Below are positions 20,994-26,854 of a stretch of DNA of 26,854 bases, one piece after another. Source of the DNA: Macrostomum lignano (lineage: Eukaryota); assembly GCA_002269645.1 (NCBI GenBank), contig NIVC01005079.1:1-26854 (forward strand), given 5' to 3'. How positions within the stretch are numbered: the first letter of the stretch is position 1; every line of letters starts with the position of its first letter. A program made the position numbers and the translations under genes. The notes under the pieces are model-generated. The model was not told the origin of the DNA and made no database searches. It was given only the letters and a program-made list of their open reading frames with translations.

Positions 20994-21425
20994 AAATCTT
21001 GTACTGTTATCCGCTTTTCAAACAAGATTCGCACCATGTTACCTTATAAAATTCCGATTCAAACAAAGATTCAATCAACCAAGATAACAGAGAATTATCT
21101 GGTGGCAAATCTTGAATTGTTATCTGATTTTCAAAAAAGATTTTCACTTTGTTATCCTGTAAAATTCAGATAACTCACCAGATAACAGTCAAACAAGAAA
21201 AAAATATCTGGTGGTGAATCTTGTCATGTAATCTGATTTCTAAACAAGATTTGGGCCATGTTATCTGGTGAAATTCAGATAACTTACTAGATAACAGGCA
21301 AACCAGATAACTCTAAAGTTACCTAGTGACAAATCTGGTGGTTTCACTAGTTTCACACCTCAAACAAGGAAATCGGTAGTGAATCTGACAAGATTTGCAA
21401 ATTATCTTATGGTGTTATCTGGTTT
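20994..21425. repeat. Degenerate ~110-bp tandem repeat (3 units plus tail) dense in AGATAA/TTATCT motifs
   Basis: Units begin AAATCTTG/GAATCTTG at ~20994, ~21107 and ~21217, with recurring AACAAGATT, GTTATCTG and CAGATAAC. Confidence 0.75.
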
Positions 21426-22613
21426 ATTTACCAGAAGGTAGCCACAATGCTATATTAGAAAATTTAGAAATTGAGACAAATGGTCAGACACCTTTTGTCC
21501 ACTTATTCCAATAAGGCCTAGGCCTGCAAAAAATTTTTGTTGTGTAACAGGGCTAAACTTTTTTATTGAAATCCTACCATTAAGCTACTAGCTATAACAG
21601 GCATCTTGCTTCTCTATATTATAATCTTTCCATTAAGTTTCCAAAGTTAGATTAATAGTTTTTATAGTACCTGTACTTTTATAGATATTTGTACTTCTGG
21701 TTGCATATATATCTTTTGGTAGTAAATAGGCCTATATTTATCTACTGGTAGCATATGTATTTGTACTGTACTTTTGGCCTGAGCAATCTTATGGCACTGT
21801 CTACCCTATCCCTATGCTCCTCTAAGAAATTTTATTCTTTCAGTCCTGGGCATTCCCAGGATCAGAGGGTCACAGCTTACTTGCTGGTATTCTGCCCTAA
21901 GGCAGGTTTCTCAGATTCTGAGTCTAGATTACTCTACCCTATGGTAGGATTTCTGCCTTCTAAAGGCAATTTCTCATATTCTAAATCTGGATATCTCATT
22001 CTCTGAGAATGGATTAAACTCTCCCAATCTTGGGGCTATTCCAAGTTGCTATCTACTACTCAAAATAAGTAACACAAGCAAATACAAGCCCTGAGGCTGA
22101 TTTTACTTTCATCTCACATGAAGTAATAGGCTTTGAAAAACTGAACTAGAACAAGTTCAAAACAAGCTGAACAATTTTTATTATTTTTCTGGCTCTCAAC
22201 TGGCTTCCTTTTATAGTAAAAGTTTTCCTACCATTTAAAACAAAACAGGAATATATATAATATATAAAATATATGGAACATAAGAAATATTTTTAATATT
22301 TGCATAATATAACAACAGTAGTATTTTTGAAATGCAATTTTCTAAGACACTTTGTAGTAAATATTGGGGCCTATTAAAACTGTTTTTTTATTGGCTTCTA
22401 GGCCTAATGTATTTTGCAGAAATTTTTGCAGATAATTTTGCAATAAAAATTTCTTACTTTTTTATTCCTTATCCAATTTTTATGTGTGATACCTCATTCT
22501 TTTGCATTTTTCTATATTTTCAACTTTCAAGAATTAAATTTTTGATTATATGTTATTTTCATATTTTTCATTTGTATTCTTCCACTCTGTAGTTACTATT
22601 TGCCCATCACATT

Positions 22614-22645
22614 CAGTGGCAGATCCAGACGGGGGTGGAGGGGAT
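22614..22645 (+). mobile_element. Solitary hAT-type TIR fragment related to the 17145 element
   Basis: CAGTGGCAGATCCAGACGGGGGTGGAGGG resembles the left end at 17145. No partner TIR was found. Confidence 0.5.
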
Positions 22646-23286
22646 TTATATGAAAAAAAAACAAATAAATATCCTTCCTTTTAATACTAAAGGTAATTTT
22701 GTGTTGTTTTAACTTATGTTCATAATGGATACCCAATTAGTAACTTGCTTCAAGTTTTATAAAAATTTAAGTAATAGAAGTAGCTTTAAATACCAAAACT
22801 TGAAAAAGTTATAGATATGACTACTATATCTTAGTTAAAAGTTTTTCTTATAAATTTCTATTTATAAGAAAATCCTATTTCATTTTCTCATGATAATTAT
22901 TGATTGAATGATTATCATGAGATTGATTGATTGATTATAGTTTTTTTGGCTATTCTTAAATGAAAAATCTTTGTTTATGTTTTTTTAGATAGATTTTTAG
23001 ATAGATGTTGCCTTTATATCAATTATAGATAGTTGAGCTTGCATATGTAAAGTTCTAGAAGCATTGGTGCACCTATATATGAGAAGCGAAATAAGGGATG
23101 CTTTTGATATCTTTTCTGTTATCTGCTTACCTAGGTACCTTTGTCCATAGTCAGATCATGTTCTGCAATGGACATTCCCTACTTCGGTAGCAGTTTTTTT
23201 GTAAACAAGAGCTAAGTTTCACCATGTCAAAATAGCAATTCATCACTGCTCCAGTTGGCAGTCCCTGGGTACCGCGCGACACCTCC

Positions 23287-23735
23287 ATGGCAACAATCAG
23301 AGCAGTTGGCGGAGGTGACGAGTGCTCCGGCATAGCCCTGGCCCGGCTAAGCGAGGAGCGCAAAGCCTGGCGAAAGGATCATCCATTTGGCTTTGTTGCC
23401 AAGCCGACTACTAATCCAGACGGCACGATGAACTTGATGATTTGGGACTGCAAGATTCCCGGCAAGAAGTCCACCATCTGGGAGGAGGGCCTGTATACCT
23501 TGCGCATGTATTTCAAAGAGGATTATCCAAGCTCGCCGCCAAAGTGCAAGTTCGAGCCGCCTCTATTCCACCCGAACGTGTACCCGTCTGGCACTGTGTG
23601 CCTCTCACTGCTTGACGAAGAGAAGGACTGGCGCGCCGCCGTCACGGTCAAGCAGATCCTGCTGGGCATACAGGAGCTGCTGGACTCGCCAAATATTAAA
23701 GACCCAGCTCAGGCTGATGCCTACACCTGCTTTAT
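23287..23735 (+). CDS. UBC9: SUMO-conjugating enzyme UBC9, exon 1 (full CDS join(23287..23735,24267..24336), 172 aa)
   Basis: Contains [38 protein letters not shown] (catalytic Cys at 23599-23601) and DPAQADAY. Phase-2 donor AT|GTGAGT at 23736. Confidence 0.97.
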
Positions 23736-23826
23736 GTGAGTTTTGCTAATTCTTAGTTAAAACAGCGAGTTTTTAGGGTTGGCACCTGTGCGTGCAGCAG
23801 TTGCTGTGGGGAAGGGAGGCTGTTCC

Positions 23827-24005
23827 GTCTGTCTCTATGGCTGTCTCTGACTCTGCTTGTCTATGTCTATCTCTGGCTGTCTGTCCGTCTCTTTGTGATT
23901 GACTGCCTGTGCCTGTCCTGTTTGTGTTTCTGTCTATGTGTCTGTCTGTCTATGACTGTCTGTTTGTCTGTCTGTCTTTCTGTCTGTGTTTGTCTGCCTG
24001 TCTGC
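23827..24005. repeat. Degenerate (TCTG/CTGT)n simple repeat in the UBC9 intron
   Basis: Low-complexity CTGT/GTCT tract. Confidence 0.85.
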
Positions 24006-24266
24006 CTTTCCGTTTAAGATGCAGAAAGTCTGACAAACAGGAAAATTTATTGCAGTCAATACGGCTAGATGCAAACTGCAGACTTTAAATTTTAAAGTGC
24101 TTGAAATCTTTGAACCAATTTTGGCTAAGTGAAATTCAGATTTTGATTTCAAGAATTAAAGCGAATAAAAAACCAGCTGATGTTAAAGTACAAGAGATTA
24201 ACAAGCCAAAGAGCGCGTACTGCCCGCCTGTCTCCTTATTTTATTCCACACTGCCTGGTATTTCAG

Positions 24267-24336
24267 TCAAAACCGTCGAGAATACGAAGTGAAAGTGAAA
24301 CAACAGGCCAGCCGATTCAAGAATCCCAACATGTGA
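24267..24336 (+). CDS. UBC9: UBC9 exon 2 (C-terminal helix)
   Basis: Acceptor TTTCAG|T at 24266/24267. It encodes (I)QNRREYEVKVKQQASRFKNPNM*, matching the UBC9 C-terminal QNRxEYExxVxxQAxxF pattern. This exon is absent from the ORF track. Confidence 0.93.
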
Positions 24337-24880
24337 CTGTCGCATGGATAAGAGAAATTAAGAGCAATTTCTATGTGCATATATTTATTATACTCGTACA
24401 TGTTATATTTATACTACTTATTAGAAATGCGCGATAAGTAATGTTGTTTCAACAAGCTTCTCAACTTGCGTGTCCAAGTATTCTGCCTATCAGTCTCATT
24501 CATTCATTATTCGCGTCTGTTATTTTTTTAATTTGGCCATTTCCCCTTATGTATTTGATTGTAAGGCCCAAATACTATATATGTAAGTCGAAATCTCCCT
24601 GATCTACCTTTGTTCTCTCTCTTTCTGTATGTCTCTCGTTGTACCGGCGTAATAACTAGCATTTGATTTTCATTTTTTAAGTCAACTTTGAATGCAAACA
24701 AGAAACTTTAATGACAACAAACGGTGCGCGTTTAAACAATTCTTTTTTGGCTAGGAAAGCTCCATTGTTCGTTTTTTGTGGTTTGGCTGTGATGTATTCT
24801 AGGATTTTTGGCTAGATTTCTATGACCCACATCGTGAAGTTAGCCACTGCATGTCCCATTCCATATCCCAATCACTCCTT

Positions 24881-25250
24881 GACCCATGCAGAAATCCCAA
24901 CCATCTGTGACCCAATCCAGATAATCTAACCATCTATGACCCAATCCAGATAATCTAACCATCTATGACCCAATCCAGATAATCTAACCATCTATGACCC
25001 AATCCAGATAATCTAACCATCTATGACCCAATCCAGATAATCTAACCATCTATGACCCAATCCAGATAATCTAACCATCTATGACCCAATCCAGATAATC
25101 TAACCATCTATGACCCATTCCAGCTATCCCAACCATCTATGACCCATTCCAGCTATCCCAACCATCTATGACCCATTCCAGCTATCCCAACCATCTATGA
25201 CCCATTCCAGCTATCCCAACCATTTTTGACCCATTTCGGATATCCCAACT
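24881..25250. repeat. 29-bp minisatellite (VNTR): 7 identical type-A units followed by 4 type-B units, with degenerate edges
   Basis: Type A GACCCAATCCAGATAATCTAACCATCTAT at 24909-25111; type B GACCCATTCCAGCTATCCCAACCATCTAT at 25112-25227. Confidence 0.97.
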
Positions 25251-25375
25251 GCCCCGTGCCTAATCCCAGATATCCCATCTGATGAATTGCTCATTAGAAT
25301 GGCAAGTACAGCTGATACAGGTATAGCCAAGGAAACCGTCATTATAGCCATTCACCTTCATGCTCTATAGGTATC

Positions 25376-25804
25376 ATGGCATCCATCGCATCTCTGCGCA
25401 CCCTGTTCGCCAAGTCCGCCTTCGGCCTCGCGCCTCGCCGCGGCTGCTCCACCGCCGCCGCCGCCGTCTCGGAGGCTGCCAACACTTCGTCAAAAACTGA
25501 CGCCGCCACCGTAGAGCTGCGCGGAACAGTCGAGCGGCTGCTGACGGCCGGGCCGAAGCACTGCCTGTTCATCATGCGAACTCGCGTTACCAAGCCGGAT
25601 TTCAATACGCCAATCAGCTTCCAGCACAATGTGAAATCGTTCGGGCCGCAAGCTGATAAAGCCAATTCGCTGGCCAAGATTGGGGCCCGGCTGCAGGTGC
25701 AGGGCATTCTCACCTACGAGAGACGCTTCCGCAACAAACCAGCTGGCGAGGACAATCCCTACAGATGCGTTATCGAGGCCGTGAACATCAAATCTGATGA
25801 CTGA
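25376..25804 (+). CDS. Mitochondrial single-stranded DNA-binding protein-like (divergent SSB OB-fold), intronless, 142 aa
   Basis: The N-terminal ~30 aa are Ala/Arg/Ser-rich and acid-free, like a mitochondrial presequence. The segments VELRGTV...QHNVKSFGPQADKANSLAKIGARLQVQGILTY...VIEAVNI follow the SSB pattern (V.L.G, WHRV..FG..A....KG..V.IEG.L, I.A.NI). Codon usage is GC-rich, like the neighbouring genes. Confidence 0.75.
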   Translation: MASIASLRTLFAKSAFGLAPRRGCSTAAAAVSEAANTSSKTDAATVELRGTVERLLTAGPKHCLFIMRTRVTKPDFNTPISFQHNVKSFGPQADKANSLAKIGARLQVQGILTYERRFRNKPAGEDNPYRCVIEAVNIKSDD

Positions 25805-25974
25805 GACAATTTGCAAGGGAGGGGGGGACCAGACCAGGAGTGAATTAGCATTGAATTGAGCAGCAAGAATTGAGCGTGTATAATAATTGCATTTGTTTAA
25901 ATACACGCTTAAACTTGTTTTGTGTTCAGTTAGTGCACTCTAGCTCTAAATAGTCTCGTGGGTCCCTGCATATA

Positions 25975-26003
25975 CTACTAGTACTAGTAGTAGTAGTAGT
26001 AGT
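25975..26003. repeat. (TAG)n microsatellite with an 18-bp palindromic junction
   Basis: ACTACTAGTACTAGTAGT followed by TAG repeats. Confidence 0.8.
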
Positions 26004-26251
26004 CTAAATTGTTCTGTCAACCATCGCTATTCGACACGCTGTTATTGCACAGCTTAACATCCGTTTGGAGCAATTTCAAAGTTAAATATATAATTATACA
26101 TATTTTGTACTGGAAAGTGTGTTCAACAGCTTATACTGTTAATTATTCGATCTTGTGAAAATTTTGAAACCATAATCATTCCTTTTTATTGCGGTTTTTT
26201 TACTTGTTAAAGTTCACTTAGCGAGAAGAAGGATTTAGACTTTCATGTCTT

Positions 26252-26257
26252 AATAAA
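26252..26257 (+). terminator. Candidate polyadenylation signal downstream of the SSB-like gene
   Basis: This is the first canonical AATAAA I could find downstream of both the UBC9 and SSB-like stop codons. Further copies lie near 26285-26300. Confidence 0.35.
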
Positions 26258-26854
26258 ACATTTATTAGTTTAAGGCTAAAAATTAATAAAAAATGAATAA
26301 AGCTTTAATTCACATTATATTCGCGAAGACACATTTATTGATCACCAACAATAGGCAATGTGAACAGTGAATTTATATATATCTGTACGAGTTCATAAGG
26401 ATATAACAATAGCAAAATAAGTAACATCTGCAAGGTTGAAGTGAAGTGCAAAATTTTCAAATCAAAGGAGAGCCAACGGCACTTCAGTCTGTGGTATGTC
26501 GACGGCTGGAAAAATGGCAATAGTGGCACTGTGGCAGTGATAGCGAGTGACAATATAAAATTCCGTATATAGAGATCCAGTGAAGCTCTTTAATCAGGGA
26601 ATTTACAAAAGTGAATAAATTCAAGTTGACAATTGTACTTTTTCAATCGAGTTGGTCGGTCGAAAGTTTTGATTTTAAATATTTCATGCCACTCAGAGAT
26701 TTATCAGCTGTCTGCTGATTGAGCGGTACAGGAAGCCCAAACAACAGTTATACAACAAGCTGTCTATGGCCAAAACTCGATTACGGTCACTAACTGCACG
26801 GAAAATTCTGAATCTTATTCATAAAAAGCAAAACATAGTCTATGGTAGGGAAGT

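Noticed and set aside
21840-22015. Run of short hairpins and a ~62-bp degenerate duplication
   Set aside because: Stems are only 5-6 bp; compatible with decayed repeat sequence.
19003-25250. 70-, 58- and 29-bp arrays as possible CRISPR arrays
   Set aside because: Units are head-to-tail with no unique spacers, there are no cas genes, and the context is eukaryotic.
26399-26572. ~57-codon open frame (GYNNSK...KFRI)
   Set aside because: No start codon, weak splice signals and no recognisable homology.

Overview
This is a eukaryotic (invertebrate animal) genomic window, not prokaryotic. It holds four protein-coding loci. (1) The first coding exon of an AIG1/ADTRP-family gene on the minus strand; the rest of that gene runs off the left edge. 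(2) A divergent, intron-poor Slo1/BK Ca2+-activated K+ channel gene at 7129-12038, with an unresolved reading-frame junction in the RCK1-RCK2 linker. (3) A two-exon UBC9 (SUMO E2) with an N-terminal extension. (4) An intronless, divergent mitochondrial SSB-like gene. Between them lie a (GATA)~106 microsatellite, a tRNA-derived SINE, several non-autonomous DNA transposons and four or five minisatellite arrays. The transposons include a 57-bp hAT element with a perfect 8-bp TSD and a TTAA-flanked Kolobok-like element. The most striking large-scale signal is mosaic CpG content. Positions ~380-2400 (the AIG1 gene body) and ~14.7-23.1 kb are almost free of CpG, and their repeats show CG>TG/CA decay. 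Equally AT-rich DNA elsewhere keeps its CpGs. This suggests domain-wise germline 5mC and possibly an unannotated transcription unit head-to-head with UBC9. No CRISPR array, rRNA or intact tRNA is supported. The species cannot be determined from the sequence; a lophotrochozoan, e.g. a free-living flatworm, is only a guess. Residue numbers for reference proteins are recalled from the literature and were aligned by eye.
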